From: the human T2T-CHM13v2.0 reference genome, Homo sapiens
Assembly: GCF_009914755.1 (NCBI RefSeq)
Contig: NC_060928.1
Strand: one strand, 5' to 3'
DNA length: 64,000 nucleotides
In this document: positions 1 through 14,134 of the stretch, one piece after another
Numbering within the stretch: the first letter of the stretch is position 1
Layout of the letters: each line of letters begins with the position of its first letter
Notes under the pieces: model-generated
The model's input: the letters and a program-made list of their open reading frames with translations, nothing else
Database searches by the model: none
Told to the model about the DNA's origin: nothing
Position numbers and translations under genes: made by a program

Positions 1-2079
1 AATAATAAGTTTATTAAAAACAACAATCACTCAGAAGGGTGGCTGCTTACTGTAGCAGGCATACCAATAGTGTCTGTCTATTGAACCACCATATCCCCAA
101 AACCAAGTATAGCACTGATGCAGGGTAGGTGCAGAGTCAGGTTTTGTAGTAGGACTCAAAGAATCTGAAAATGTTTTCAGTTTCCTTCACTAAGCTTTTT
201 CCATGTGATTGGAATGAAACTATATCCAGGCTTCCAGAACAATCACTAGGTTAATTCCATGAGTAGGGCAGTATCAGACCTGGACCACAGGATTGTCGTT
301 GACACATTCTGATCACAGTCCTGTCTGAATATTCATTCTAATGACAACCTAATATTACCCCTTCTATAATCATACCTTGGTTTGGGAATCTAAGAGATCT
401 CTGATTTCCAATAGGCAAAAGCAGATTTTACACCTCTTAAAAGTGACCCTATTTCCAAAGGGCTACATGCAATCCTCAGACCAGTAAAGAAAGGGTTAGA
501 GATAGCACTTCAGTGTCTGATTCTAGGCATCCAGGCCTGACATGTCTGACACTGTGAAGCCCAGTGCCACCTCAGGGCCTTCCCCAGTCCTTCTCCCAGA
601 ATCAGATACGTGTAAAGCAGGATGTCCCTGAAGGGAGATATTTTAAATGATAATTGCATTTTATTTAAGTATCTTTTAATCTTTCATTGGGGATAAAAGC
701 TGAAAAATCACCACATGCTCATCATTGTTTTAAGCCATTTTGAACAATCAAAGATTCTTTTTGGCTTTAATTGCCAGGCCACTGAGGAGCCTCATTCATT
801 TCTCTCTGCAGCACCTAGTCTCTACAAAAACGAATGTTTTGCCATCATTCAGAGCTGTTGCAATGGTTAATAATCATAAAAACTGAACATGCTCACTTAA
901 TCCCCAAATCCATTATAATTTTATTGTGCCAAATTCTAGTTCTATGTAATGCTCTCAAAATTTCCCCTGAGGATTGTATAAAATAAGAATCAAGTCTGAT
1001 ACTCTGTCTCAAACACAGGAACTTTCATCTAAGGATTTCAAAGCATTTTATAACTGAGGTTAAGTGAGTTACTGAAGACTACCCAACAAATCAGCAGATT
1101 AGGCCCAAATTACCTAACTCTAAATTCTACCATTTTTTTAAAGCATAATACTCTGAGACTTGATATGTCAGTGCTAGAGGAACTGTATGCTGTACTCATA
1201 GGTCAGATATTTGTTCTTATCCATTCTTATTAAAAGAATGACCACATACAATCTAACCTCTCCACCAGAAGTAAACAAATATTTTTTTCTTTTAGGAAAA
1301 AAAAGCAACAGGATTAGTTTAAACCTACTGCATAGCAAATACCATCTCAAACAAAATTGACAGGAACATGTTAAAGTAGAAAAATAAATTCTTTACTTGA
1401 AATCAGATCTAAGTAGACTTGTTTCCTTTCATACTGAGAAAGTTGCTATACTTGAGTTCATTGATACTCATAAGTAGGGCTGTCTGGTCCTCTCAGTTTG
1501 ATATACAGCTAGCTTGATAGCTGCCTTGACATAAAGCTAAACGATTTAATTTTAAATTGCTATCAATAAAACTTGGAGCAAGGTATTAGACATGAAATTT
1601 CACTCATTACATATAATTTTCTCCAAAATAATAACTTGTAGCATGAATTATATTTCCTCTTTGAAAACGCAAAGTTGTCACTAATCCAGATGGGTAACTC
1701 TTCCAGATTTTAGATTGCAGTTTTTAAAACTTATTTTCTAACAGAGTAATATAGAGCCAGCTGGTTCCAAAGAGCTGGATCATCTGGTAAAACATGTATT
1801 TAAAAGAATAGATTGCAACTCTGAACATCTTGGACAAAAAATAAAATGAAAAACTATTCTGTCCATCCCTGGGATTTGAGCTTTCAAATCAACCTATCCA
1901 AAAGGAATTCAGTACATGTATCAATCAAAATGTCAAGACAAAATTATAACAAAAGGCAAGACAACCCTAGAATAAGATGAATGCTCACAATTTCTAAGCC
2001 CTGCAATTTCTTGAATTCACCAACAGTTTCACACTCAGTCAACAACCTATATCAATCAATTTTTTAAAAATAGAGAGCA

Positions 2080-2770
<691 letters not shown>

Positions 2771-3543
2771 CTATACATGCATCTGTGATATAATTCTTAT
2801 TGACAGTAAATACAGCAAAGTCTTTCTCAGATAGTTTTGAGAATTTGCTGCCAGTTCCAATGGGAATGTAAAAAAATGTGTTACTGCTAATGTTACTTAC
2901 ATCTATGATGTGTCACATTAAATTCGCAATAGCTAATGCGTTTGGTTCCCAAATGTTCACATAAAAAGTAATGGTTTAAAAACATATAAGCAAAATTGAA
3001 ATGAAAAGCCTAATAATTTAAAAAGTGATGGTATCTTGACAGATTATTGCAACCAGATCTTACAAAGTTTATGGAGGCACCCAGGAATTCAAGAGAAAAG
3101 TATAGTTTTCAACCAAAATGACTCAAGTCATTGAATCTTTACAGACCAGGCTACCCATGCTACACTGACTTCATGAAACTAAAACCAACTTTTCCGCTGA
3201 AGTACCTTTTCAATAATAGAAATAAAAGCACTTAAAACAGAAATTTGGTGAGACAGTGTTTTTCATCCAAAACAAATGTTCCAGTTTTATATTTGTTTCA
3301 ATTAGCTTTTACTTGTATACCAAATAGTCCCAAAACTTAATGACTTAAAATAACAATCATGTTTATCTCCTATAAGTCTGTGAATTGACTGAGCAGATCT
3401 TCTGGTCCTCACCAACTTGGCTGGGACTGAATAATCTAGTATGGTCCCACTCACATGTCTGAGGGTTGGCAGGCATGTTGGTTTAGAGAGACCTGAGCGA
3501 GGACAGGTCATATGTGTTCCATGTGTTCTCTCATCCTCTAGTA

Positions 3544-3758
3544 CAGCAGTGTCCAATCTTTGGGCTTCCCAGAGCCACACTGGAAGAAGAATTGTATTGG
3601 GCCACACACATAAAATACACTAACGATAGCTGGTGAGTTTTTTAAAACCGCAAAAGAATCTCATAATGTATTCAGAAAGTTTACAAATTTGTGTTGGGCT
3701 GCATTCAAAGCTGTCCTGGGCTGCATGTGGCCTACAGGCCGTGGGTTGGACAAGCTTG
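3544..3758 (+). mobile_element. MER30 hAT-Charlie DNA transposon (MITE)
   Basis: CAG..GTGTCCAATCTTT...GGGTTGGACAAGCTTG ends match the MER30 consensus; 8-bp TSD CTCTAGTA (3536-3543) / CTCTAGTG (3759-3766). Confidence 0.93.
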
Positions 3759-3939
3759 CTCTAGTGGGACTTTCAGAGTTTCTTTACACAGAAGTCTCAG
3801 GGTTCCAAAGAATAGCAAGATAGGGTAAGCTCCGACATGTAAGTGTTCATCACACTAGCATCTGCCAGTGTCCAATTAACCAAAGTAAGTCACATTGTCA
3901 AATTCAGTTGCAAGGGTAAAGAAAATTGACTCTGTCATT

Positions 3940-4225
3940 GGGGGATGGTTAACGGGCACAAAAAAAATAGTTAGAATAAGACCTACTATTTGATAGTACA
4001 ACAGGGTGACTATAGTCAATAATAACTTAATTGTATATTTTAAAATAACTTAAAGAGTGCAATTGGATTGTCTGTAAGACAAATGATAAATTCTTGAGGC
4101 AATGAATATCCCATTCTCCATGATGTGATTATTTCACATTGCATGCCCATATCAAAACATCTAATGTACCTCATAAATATATATACCTACTATGTACCCC
4201 AAAAAATGGAAATAAAATAATGTTT
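3940..4225 (+). mobile_element. L1MA (L1MA1-3-like) 3' end fragment
   Basis: GATGGTTAACGGG..AATAAGACCTACTATTTGATAG.ACAACAGGGTGACTATAGTCAATAATAAC...CTACTATGTACCC plus an A-rich tail. Confidence 0.88.
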
Positions 4226-7200
4226 AAGAAATAGAATCCATCATTGATATTTTTTCCAACTAACCATACTATCATCAACTTTCAGTTAAAGATCGATAGC
4301 CTTGTTTAGGGTTTGAGATATAGGGAAATTTTCTTATGCCAGTGATAATGTTGCTTCTCTACTTCTGAACTGATGCTATAAGCTCTCTTCCTGTTTTATA
4401 GTCTTTGTTTATTTTCTTTCTTTTCCAGCCTTTCCTAGAAGGTGGCCAAGTAAAGAAAGCAGTTAATCAGGTAACAGAAAATATCAAGATTAATGTGAGA
4501 GAAGAGAGGACTATTACGTATTCCTTAATATCTCAAGCCAAGAAAAAATATCCAGAAATTTTTAATTTGCTTTATGTCCCATGGATGTGACTTAAGCATA
4601 GCTCTAGACTTCAGGAAAAAAAAATGATAGTGGTAGTTAAAATTAATAAGACAGAGGCAATTTGAGATCTAGAATGGGTGATTTATTTTTATCTCAAGTA
4701 ATGGAAAAATGAGGTTTTTCTCAATATTGCAAAAAAAAAGGTAAGTTATCCTTAGTACGGAAAACTAAGGTAGTTTAATTTTTATAATACTATTTAGAGG
4801 CAATAATTCAAGAACTAATGCCAAACATAATTCAGCTTGCTTTGCTAACATTATTAAAGCAATGAAAATCTAGTTTTTAGAAAGAGCAATAATATAATGG
4901 CAGTCATTTTTTCACACAATCTGATCAAGAACACTTCATCAGGTGTAAGTGACAAGAAAGAGTTTCATTACCATCTTAATGGCAATTAAATAACCACTGA
5001 CATCATTGGTAGGAAATGTCTTTCATCACCATTTCAGATTTCTTGAAATAGCAGGAAACGTGATTTTGTTATTGTAGTGTTATGCAGTTAGGGGGTATAA
5101 TGGTCCCACAAAAGTAAAAACAGAGCATGAGCTTTAATGACAATCACCATCACTTTCTTGTTTAAGACAAAGTGAACTCTACGCATTTGATCAAAACCCC
5201 AACTAGACTTATAAGGCATCTTTTTCTTGTCAGTGAAATCATTTTTACTCCATTATAGAATTGGTTATTCCAACCTAATAATATAGGCAGTGAGCTGTGG
5301 GATTTAAAGTAGAGCTATGCATGTGGAAGTCAGAATAATCCAAACATTTTTCCACTGGTATCTTAAGATATCACATTTCTTACTTTTGCCTTTAAACCCA
5401 CTCCTAACCATTTTTCTTTTATTTGGTCAATACATAATAGAAACTTCGTGAAATGTTTTTACCTTAAAAACTCAAAATGCAAAATAACATATAATTTTGT
5501 GATATTTCATTCAACTCAATAATCGTTTCCATATTTTTTGGCTCTCTCTGGCCAGTGTCAAACTGTTTTGATTATTAGTTGATGAAAATGAGAATTTTTC
5601 CCCCTGTACACTGCTATTCAGCTTTCATTTAATAGCAGTTATTTCCTCTGATATCACAGCTTGCAAACACTGCTTAACCATTTAAATCATGTGCTTCAGA
5701 TTTCTGACTTTACTGCAAAGTAATCCTGTATGGAAGTCTATCTGTACTCCCAGAAGAAATTTTATCCATTGGCAGCGATGGTATCCTTCAGAATTTAAAG
5801 AAAAAGAGACCACCATGATTGCAAAAATATTATGTGCTCTCGTTCTCTTGAAAATATAAAAATTCACAGACAAAAGAGTGGACAGCATACTGCAGTTACT
5901 CTTCTTAAATTATGGTAGAGTAAAATATTTTTGCCAAGCTTAAAAAATCTCCTTACCCAAAGAATCAAGTAAGTTAAACATGACCAGAAATATTTTATAC
6001 TTTTGTTTGTATATTTATTTATATTTGGTTTTGTTCCAAAAGTCTACAGTAATAAGCACATAAAATTTTATGGTATCTCAAGTAGACTTCAACTCCTTAG
6101 CGAGGTTTAGCAGAGTTAGGAATTTTTCAAACTTCTACAAAAATTAGATTCAGACTACAACTGACAAAGGTTCCTGGTACAAGAAGGATTATGGCCCAGA
6201 AGATACCTCAAATCTCATCTGGATCTAAATTTGACTCTCAAGTGGCCTATGGCAGAACCACCACTGGATGTGTTTACTCTTAGCAATTAACCTTCTACTC
6301 CCTTTCCTTCTCCCCTCACCTCAAGAGCTAATAGCATTTAAAGTCAATTTTAAATGAGGACTCAAAGGAAATTACTACAACAATCCCACCTTCTTAATTA
6401 AGTCTCCTCACGCATACATATACATACACTTGACCGAGAGCTGAGGCCACTGTAGCTTACTCTTAGAAAGCTTCATCCCTGTCATCCAAAACCAACTGCA
6501 CACAGGCATGGTTGGCCAGTTTACGCCTGTGCTGGCCTTAATCTGTAAGAGACTATTGAGCATCTTGGCCGCTTCCAAAATGACCTCAGAGTTTTTGTCA
6601 GATCAGTATTCCTGGATTTTTCCTCAAAGTAGACCTAGATTTCTGGAGTCAGTCCTGCCACCCACCTGAATTTCAGGGCATCCTTTGACCTAGGAATATC
6701 CCCAGGCCAAAGCAGTCATCCAAGGCCCATGGCTGTCAAACTCTGCTGCTCACACATATTAATAGCTTGCAAGAAATCACAAATATTAGGAAAAATTCAA
6801 TGGAGCATCCACCTCAGAGGCACATTCCATGAAGAGAGAAAAAGGAAGAGGTTGGTAGAAGAAAATTAAAGGTTCTTATTTTTACTCTAATATTAAAACC
6901 ACCTACTTGTACAGTTTCTAGGTGTCAAGGTACAATGTCAGTTTGATGTACATTGCATGTTTTAATTCTATTTTTAACTCTGTGCTGAATGAATTCCACT
7001 GTATCTTCTTACCATGGAGAAATATGGTAAAATGGAATCATAAAAGGTTTATCCCTTTCCATCTATCTTATTTCCAGTAAAAGGGGGGATATAAATATCA
7101 TTATGGAGAAAAAAATGAGATACAAAAAGGAAAACAATTTTTTATATGTAAGAGTAAAGAAGACACTAAAACATTGAATGACCCCTAAAAAAGACTTGTC

Positions 7201-7678
7201 TGTAAGTAAAATCTACCAAGTCTGAGAAAACCAAGCTTAAATTGTCATTTCAAATCCAAAAATTTTTAATGATTTTTAAATGAGGGTATCTTCATTCTTT
7301 CCTGATGTTTATGTGTACTCTGAAAGAGAAGCTAAATATTGTGATCTTTCAATGTTGTTTTGCTAGTGTTTTGGTCGAAAGAGTTCAATTTACCGAACTT
7401 GCCCTGAAAAGTATGTGTTATCCCCACTTTACTGAGCATAATTTGGTGTGTGTGAGGAACTGGAAGAGATTATACGAAAACCACAGACATAGTTCTCTTC
7501 TGGCTATTATTATTATTTGGCAACAGAACTTGCGCCTGAAAGGTTTATTTCCGAAAAGTTCAAAATACATCTTGTGTGCACTATGTAATTATCATATTAC
7601 ATATTATACTTTTTACCTCTTTGAGGGAAATTTGCTCTCCTAGTTTGGTTCCCAGATGACATAATTCCCTATATCTAT

Positions 7679-7680
<2 letters not shown>

Positions 7681-7718
<38 letters not shown>

Positions 7719-7732
7719 CATGTGTGTGTGTG
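7681..7732. repeat. (TG)n microsatellite with internal (CG) run; Z-DNA-prone
   Basis: Uninterrupted alternating purine-pyrimidine tract seen directly. Confidence 0.95.
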
Positions 7733-7925
7733 TTTTATAAATACACCTTAAAGCATATACATAATACATGTGACTGTCCTCCAGACAAGTCTTCAGCTGG
7801 CTCTCACTTAGAACAAGTCAAAAATCATATTGCTTGGCCCTCAGCAGGTTTGCTGTTCATGTCCAAACTTCTGTCTTTAATATTCACATAATCTTTAGCC
7901 AGTTTCTTGCAGCTTATCTTCTTGG

Positions 7926-7955
7926 GCCACGTGGCAACACTACCACCTAGTGGAG
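7926..7955 (-). promoter_or_regulatory. Candidate CTCF site with adjacent palindromic E-box/G-box
   Basis: Minus strand CTCCACTAGGTGGTAGTG is a near match to the CTCF core CCASYAGRKGGCRS (one mismatch); GCCACGTGGC perfect palindrome at 7926-7935. Motif only, no functional data. Confidence 0.4.
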
Positions 7956-9015
7956 ATTGCCTATCCTTTGGTGAGCATATCATGAAACCTTAGCAAGAGA
8001 GTCCCCACTTGTGATTGGGCTAAGTGGCCTTCTCCAAGAACTTCATTCCCAAAAGTATTCCTTCCTATGGCAAATGCCAACCAACAAGCTTCCACCTGTT
8101 AAGAAACTCCAACATTAGATTCATTTATTGGAAAGTTAGCTGTCAAAGATGGAAGCATTGTTTCCCATAGATTGCTATTTTAAATACACCTAATACCCAG
8201 GAAGGACAGGAGAATAATTTCTATGATTTTCTCAAATTTATAGGTTTTTTTTACTTAATTACTAACTGAAAAGGCATTTAAATGTAAAAGTGTAGTTATG
8301 CTTAGAATAACTGGGCAGAACCAAAATATTACAGTGATTACCTCTGAAGAATATAGATGAAAGTGAAGGGAGGGGCATGGCATGGTGTTTTTCTTGGTTT
8401 TTCAGATTTTCTGTATTGAGCAAGTACTTTTGAAATTAGATAAATAAATGCTAATCTTTTTTATACACTAGCTAAGCAGAGTGAATCATAGGAAGCAATT
8501 TTCAAGATGGTAAGGTGCAATACCCATTTATTACAGATGAGGAAGCCAAGGCTCAGAGAATTTAACTGACTTGTCTAAGGTAACTGTGATAGTAAATTTT
8601 ATGTGTCAACTTGATTGGGCCACAGGATGCCCAGATAGCTGATTAAACATTATATTTCTGGATGCGTCTGTATGGGTGTTTCTGAAAGAGATTAGCATTT
8701 AAATCAGTAGACTGAGTAAAGCAGATCAGCTCTTACCAGTATTGGCAGGTATCATCCAATACACTGAGGGCCTGAAATAGAACAAAAAGGCAGAGGAACA
8801 TTAAACTACTTGAGCTGGAACATCCATCTTCTCCTGCCCCCTATGCTCCTGGTCCTCAGGCCTTTGAACCCATACTGGAATCTACCCCACTGACTCCCAG
8901 GCTCTCAGACCTTCAGGCTACATCACCAGCTTTCTGAGATCTTCAGCTTTCAGACAGCAAATTATGGGATTTATCAAGCTTGATAACTGTATGAGCCAAA
9001 ACCTTATAATAAATA

Positions 9016-9331
9016 CAGTCAGCCTGCACCTGTACCTGCAGGTTCTGCATCCATGGATTCAACCAATCACAGACCAAAAGTACTTTTTAAAATACAACAA
9101 TAAAATACACAAACTTACAAACAATACAGTATAACAACTATTCACATAGCATTTGCATTGTATTAGGTATTATAAGTAATCTAGGGATAATTTAAAGTAC
9201 ATGGGAGGATGTGCATAGGTGGTAAATGGCAAATACTTTGCTATTTTATATAAGGGACTTGAGCATTCATGAATTTTGGTATCTGTGGGGGGTCCTGGAA
9301 TCAAACTCCCCAGGATATCAAGGGACAACTG
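9016..9331. mobile_element. MER2-family TcMar-Tigger DNA transposon
   Basis: CAGTC...GACAACTG termini, TA TSD on both sides, core ACAATACAGTATAACAACTATT.ACATAGCATTT...GGGACTTGAGCAT. Confidence 0.9.
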
Positions 9332-9342
9332 TATCTTTAACT

Positions 9343-9402
9343 GGATGGATGGATGGATGGATGGATGGATGGATGGATGGATGGAGATAGATAGACTGAT
9401 TG
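9343..9402. repeat. (GGAT)n/(GATA)n tetranucleotide microsatellite inside MLT2
   Basis: Direct repeat seen. Confidence 0.9.
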
Positions 9403-10114
9403 ATCATATTGGTTCTGCCTCTTTAGAGAACTCTCATACAGTACCACAGCTATCTGCTGGCATAATTGCAGCTTTCTGGCTTCAGTTCCAGTACCTATCC
9501 CACTATATCATGATGGCTCTTCTCCATCGCCTCTCTTGTTGGATTTCTTATATTTCTTCTTTCCAGTGTTTAAACCACTCTTATTGTTATTTTTCTGTGA
9601 ACAATGTAAGCTCCGGTATTTTTGTATGAAAGTGGAATAATAGTACTAGGAGCAATGAATGTCTTCTGTGATGATGTGCTACGTGAGTGACAAGAACAGA
9701 GTATGATCCTATTGTGCATAAAATAGTGTGCCGCATTTAATTATCTCAGCTGATGAAAATACCCCAAATAATCTAGTAATACTGGAATACTAAATTTTTC
9801 AGTTTCTTATTAAAATATTCCCAAATCATGTAAAATGATGTATAAAATAAAATACCCAAAGCTCTAACAATAGCCTGAAAAATCTTCCTGAGATATTGAA
9901 AAATTAGTCATTCTACCCTAACACTAACTTGGTAAAGCCCCTAAGAGGTTCTCTTTTGTTTCTTAGACTCCCTCTTGGCCTATTTGCAAATAAGCAGTAA
10001 ATAACCTTTTAAAACTGTTGACCAAGTAAACATAGTGATCATTTCTATTCATTTTCAGTTCACACACACAAACACACAGAGACACATTCCAATCTAGCTT
10101 TTCTCAGTATTCCT

Positions 10115-10272
10115 TGCTAACATTTGTTGAGCACTTGCTACATTCTAGGTACTCTGTAAACATCTCTAATTCTCACAATAAACGTACAAGATAGCTGTTG
10201 TTACCCCTTGCTTTAGAGGTTAAAAGAATGGAGCTCTAAGACCCACTAGTCAAGTAACTCACACAGCCACTT
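10115..10272 (-). mobile_element. MIR fragment
   Basis: TAACATTTGTTGAGCACTT...TAATTCTCACAATAA, reverse MIR core. Confidence 0.6.
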
Positions 10273-11124
10273 ACATTTCTCTCCTCAGGAAGATTAAATA
10301 TTTATGCCTATAATTGCACTTAAGTGCTTTCTATGCTAAGAGCCAAGTTATATCTAGGATCTTGTTTACGATTATTTAGGTCACCAAACCATTTCTGTGG
10401 GCCATGTCTCCCACATTACAGACATCTTCCTCTGCAGACAAAAGTACATAGACATGAAATTAATTAACTACTCCCTCTTTAAGGAGTTGAGTCTACTCAA
10501 GGATGTAGCAGGAGGACTGTATGAAAGACTCCTTGGAAAGAGAAAACACTTAACCTAGTTCTCTCCTGGAATTTCCGAAGGGGGAGGTAAACCACCCAGT
10601 CTCCCAGAACATCAAAACTCCAGTTAAAAATGAGCCAATGTTTCAATCAGCTCCACTGGGCTCTCTGGCAGGAAGCAGAGCTTGGACAGTCACAGTCTGT
10701 TGTGAGACAACAGGATTTTCTTCCACAGTGCTATTATTTTGGCACCTTTCACAAGCAATAAATCCTTTAAAACTTAACAAGTAATTGTTGAGAGATTTAA
10801 ACTAAAGCAGCTATAGTTGCAAAGCTTTTAATGTGTCGCTGGAGTAAACCATCATGTCCACTGTTCTGAAAAGGAATGTAGAGGTTTATTTTTTTTACCA
10901 CCTGCTATATATCTGGCACTGTGCTAAAAGCTACAAGGAATACACACATACACACACATACAAATTTCTGTCCTCAGGAAATTTAATGTGAGAATTAAGA
11001 GGCATGATATTTACAAATAATAAATACAATTTTTAAATGAAGCTTTTCTGGCTTATTAACAAGAACAGATTTAGAGTTGGGGCATTCCAAAATTGCCACA
11101 TCTTAATGTAAAGTTATAGAAGCT

Positions 11125-11610
11125 TGTATGGGTTGCAGTTTCATGAAAAAAAAACTCTCCCCCAGATAGTTCAAGTGAAGAAAGGCCTATAAAGGGACCT
11201 AGGACAGGGTGTAGGAGGGATTGAGCTAAAAATGAGAGATGCTAAGACACCCAGAGGCCACCCATGGAAAGCATTACCACTCCTAGGGCTGAAAGGGACA
11301 GGGAGGAAAGAGTATTTAAGAAGCCCAGTGAGAGTTGGAGCTGCAGAAGGGGCTGCCCACCAGGAGCTCAATCACAGAGGACCACATCTATTGCAAGAGA
11401 AACCGCTACACAGAAGCAGGGAAGAAGCAAGGAAAAAAGAACCACACCTATTTTGCCTTCCATCCACCATGACTTTCCAGTCCTCCTAGGGCTGAATCCA
11501 TCTGCAGGTCACCTGAAAAGGGGGCTGAGGTAATGCTGTTCGCAGTCAGCAGCCAACTTCCCGGACACAAGATGAGAGAGGGAGGGAGAACAAATGCAGA
11601 GTACTGGCAT
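11125..11610 (-). mobile_element. ERVL LTR, LTR33-like
   Basis: TTACCACTCCTAGGGCTGAAAGGGACAGGG...GGCTGAATCCATCTG resembles reverse LTR33. Confidence 0.65.
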
Positions 11611-11644
11611 CCATGCCAATGAATTTTTATAGTTATTACAAATA

Positions 11645-11895
11645 ACAAATAGCGCACGTAAAGAATTTACTATGCCAGACACTGGTCTAAGTGTTTTACA
11701 TACATTAAATCATTTAATCCTCACAATGAGGAGGATGATTATGAGTTAGGACTATTATGCTCAATGCAGAAAAGGAAACTGAGACACAGAGAGGTTAAGT
11801 AATTTGCCCTAAGTCTCATAGGTAGTAAGTAGTAGAATACAGTTATAACCTTGGTAATCTGACTCCAAACTTCATAGCCTTAAACATTATGTCCC
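11645..11895 (-). mobile_element. MIR, near full length
   Basis: CATTTAATCCTCACAA...GGAAACTGAGACACAGAGAGGTTAAGTAATTTGCCC. Confidence 0.88.
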
Positions 11896-13119
11896 ACAGC
11901 CTATCCTAAACCTAAAAACCCTCACTCCGCAAAATGGCTATTCTTCAGCAGCATCTCTGAATAAGAAATCAACAAAGTAAAATCAAATTCGCTGCTTCAA
12001 GATCTCCCTAAATAACTTTTTTAATGAACACGGCAATGGTATGGACACTCCTCTACATACAAATAAAGAAAATTAGGTATTTATTTAAAATTTGATTGTG
12101 CCTTTAATTCTCATAGATTCCGGAATTTTTGGAAGAGTAGTGGGAAAATAATCAGAAAACACTCCATTGCAAAGGAGGAAACCAGTGGTGGAGAGGAAAA
12201 AGACATGATTTAAAGCCCAAAGAGAGAAGTATTTTCACAAAGAGCAACTACGGCCATTGCTTCACCTCTGGTTCATGCTGAATGTGGAGAAATGTTGATG
12301 TTCTTGAACTAGTAAAATTGTAAAGCTCCTCAGAGACTTACTTCTTGGAGGCAGGAGAAAACTGATTAGCCATTTAACCTGAGGTAGGCACAGAACACAA
12401 GTTTAAAAGGAGCCAGGCATAAAGAAGGACTTATTCAAACAAGCCTGCAATAGTCACCAGATTGTTGTTGCAACTCATCACATCCTTCCTGGAAAATATG
12501 GAAGAAAGACTAAGCTTTCCCTGGCCCATAATAAATCACTCAGGAGCTACCACTCCCAGGCTAAATCTTCCGGTCCTCTCTCCTTTTTTTGCTTCATATT
12601 TTTCCTCTCTTATATTTCAGATCTCAGTTAAGGAGCATGAAAAGAGAATGATGGTAAAAGTAAACCATTTTTGCTCCAATTTTGCTCTAAATATCTGAGA
12701 AAATGTTGTATTATGGATCCCCTGCTCCTGCTTTTGCTCAAAATTTCTGCATCATAAATTTGCATTTGACAAGTGTCCACCAGAAAGGTATATAATTTTG
12801 GCTTTGTACTGAAAGAGAGCAGGTGGTCACTCAAAAAGATACAAGTTTTAAGACTGATCAAAAGACTCTGTCATCCAGAGCATTTCTCCCATTATCCTAT
12901 ACCAAGACCTCAAATTTCTTGAAGATTTACTTCTTTGAAATATCATCAATTATCAATTAAAAATATCAGCATAAATGCATATATTTGACACATCTCAAAG
13001 CACATTTGGAAGCATTGCCTATTTGATCTCCGTAACACATCTATGATTCACGGAACTTGCTTATTTCTATTTATGACACCACCATTGCTTATGAGGCCTT
13101 TGTAAATTTGAAAATTAAA

Positions 13120-13735
13120 TGAAGGAAAAAGTACACTATAGATGGGGGCAAAATGAATAACTTTACAGTGGAGAAATCTGACAAAACCTACTTCAGCCAG
13201 ATGATCAAGGCCATCAGTAAGAGGATAAGGCATGTTTATAGTCTGTACTCTTGATATGGTGAAAATGGCACTTTGCCTCTGTGGTCCTCCTCCCAAAAAT
13301 TCATAACCCCAATCTAATCATGAGAAAATCCGGCAAATCACAAATGAGAGACATTCTACAAAACAGCTGACCACCACTTTTCAAAATGTCAAGGTCATCA
13401 AAACAAGGAAAGTCTGAGAAACTGTCACAGCCAAGAGAAGTCTAAGAAAGCATGGCAACTAAATATAATGCAGTATCCTGGATGGAATCCTGGAACTGAA
13501 AAAAGACAGCAGGTGAGAAATATGAAAGTGTGAATAAAGTATGGAATAAAAATATCCATAAAGTATGGACATTAGTTAACAACAGTGCATGAATAGTGCA
13601 TCTTATAGTGCAACTATAAGATGTCAATAAGGGGGAAAGTGAGTATATAATATGTAGGAACTCTCTGTACTATCTTCACAATTTTTCTGTAATTATAAAC
13701 CTGTTCTAAAAAATAATTTCATCAAAAATAAAATA
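13120..13735 (+). mobile_element. L1MC-type 3' UTR (MER42-like)
   Basis: TAACTTTACAGTGGAGAAATCTGACAAA...GTCAAGGTCATCAAAACAAGGAAAGTCTGAGAAACTGTCACAG...GGAACTCTCTGTACTATCTT. Confidence 0.82.
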
Positions 13736-14134
13736 AGGTAATATACAAAAGATATTTTGTAAACCATGGCATATTGTTATGGTGATGATGGTGGTAATAA
13801 TTAGAGCTGCATTTTGGTGACAATCTGGTGGTAGCTGAAATGAATTGGTGCTATATTCACAAAGAAGTTTTCTTGGCTCTAATGTCTACTGCAATATTCA
13901 CAGATTCAGTTTTTGAAAATTATAAATTTTCAGATACATAACCTCTGAAAGTGGTTCCACTTGTAATCTGATGAATTTCAGAAATTATTCAGTAGTTCCT
14001 TAATCACTCTGCAAGTCATTTTTTACTACTCATCATGTGCCAGGCACTATCTCAAGTAAGGAAAAAAAAGAAACTAGCATTTATTAACGGATCATAGTAT
14101 AGCAAGAACTTTACCTACATTACTTCATGCCATC

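Larger units (their letters stand above)
3294..4270 (-). mobile_element. MLT1 (ERVL-MaLR) LTR, F/G/H-type, fragmented by MER30 and an L1MA 3' end
   Basis: CCCAAAACTTAATGACTTAAAATAACAA and CCAATTAACCAAAGTAAGTCACAT match reverse MLT1 motifs; the sequence resumes after each insert. Confidence 0.7.
8585..9440 (+). mobile_element. MLT2 (ERVL) solo LTR, MLT2B/D-type, containing MER2 and (GATG)n
   Basis: TGTGATAGTAAATTTTATGTGTCAACTTGA start; TTGGTTCTG...AGAGAACTCT.ATACA end; 5-bp TSD GTAAC/GTACC. Confidence 0.9.
8522..9512 (-). mobile_element. MIR SINE split by an MLT2 LTR (halves ~8522-8584 and ~9441-9512)
   Basis: TTACAGATGAGGAA.CCAAGGCTCAGAGA...CTTGTCTAAGGTAAC, then resumes GTACCACAGCTA. Confidence 0.75.

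Noticed and set aside
5682-5888. Minus-strand ORF/exon candidate
   Set aside because: Weak donor and no recognisable peptide; likewise 29657-29860 and 53324-53506
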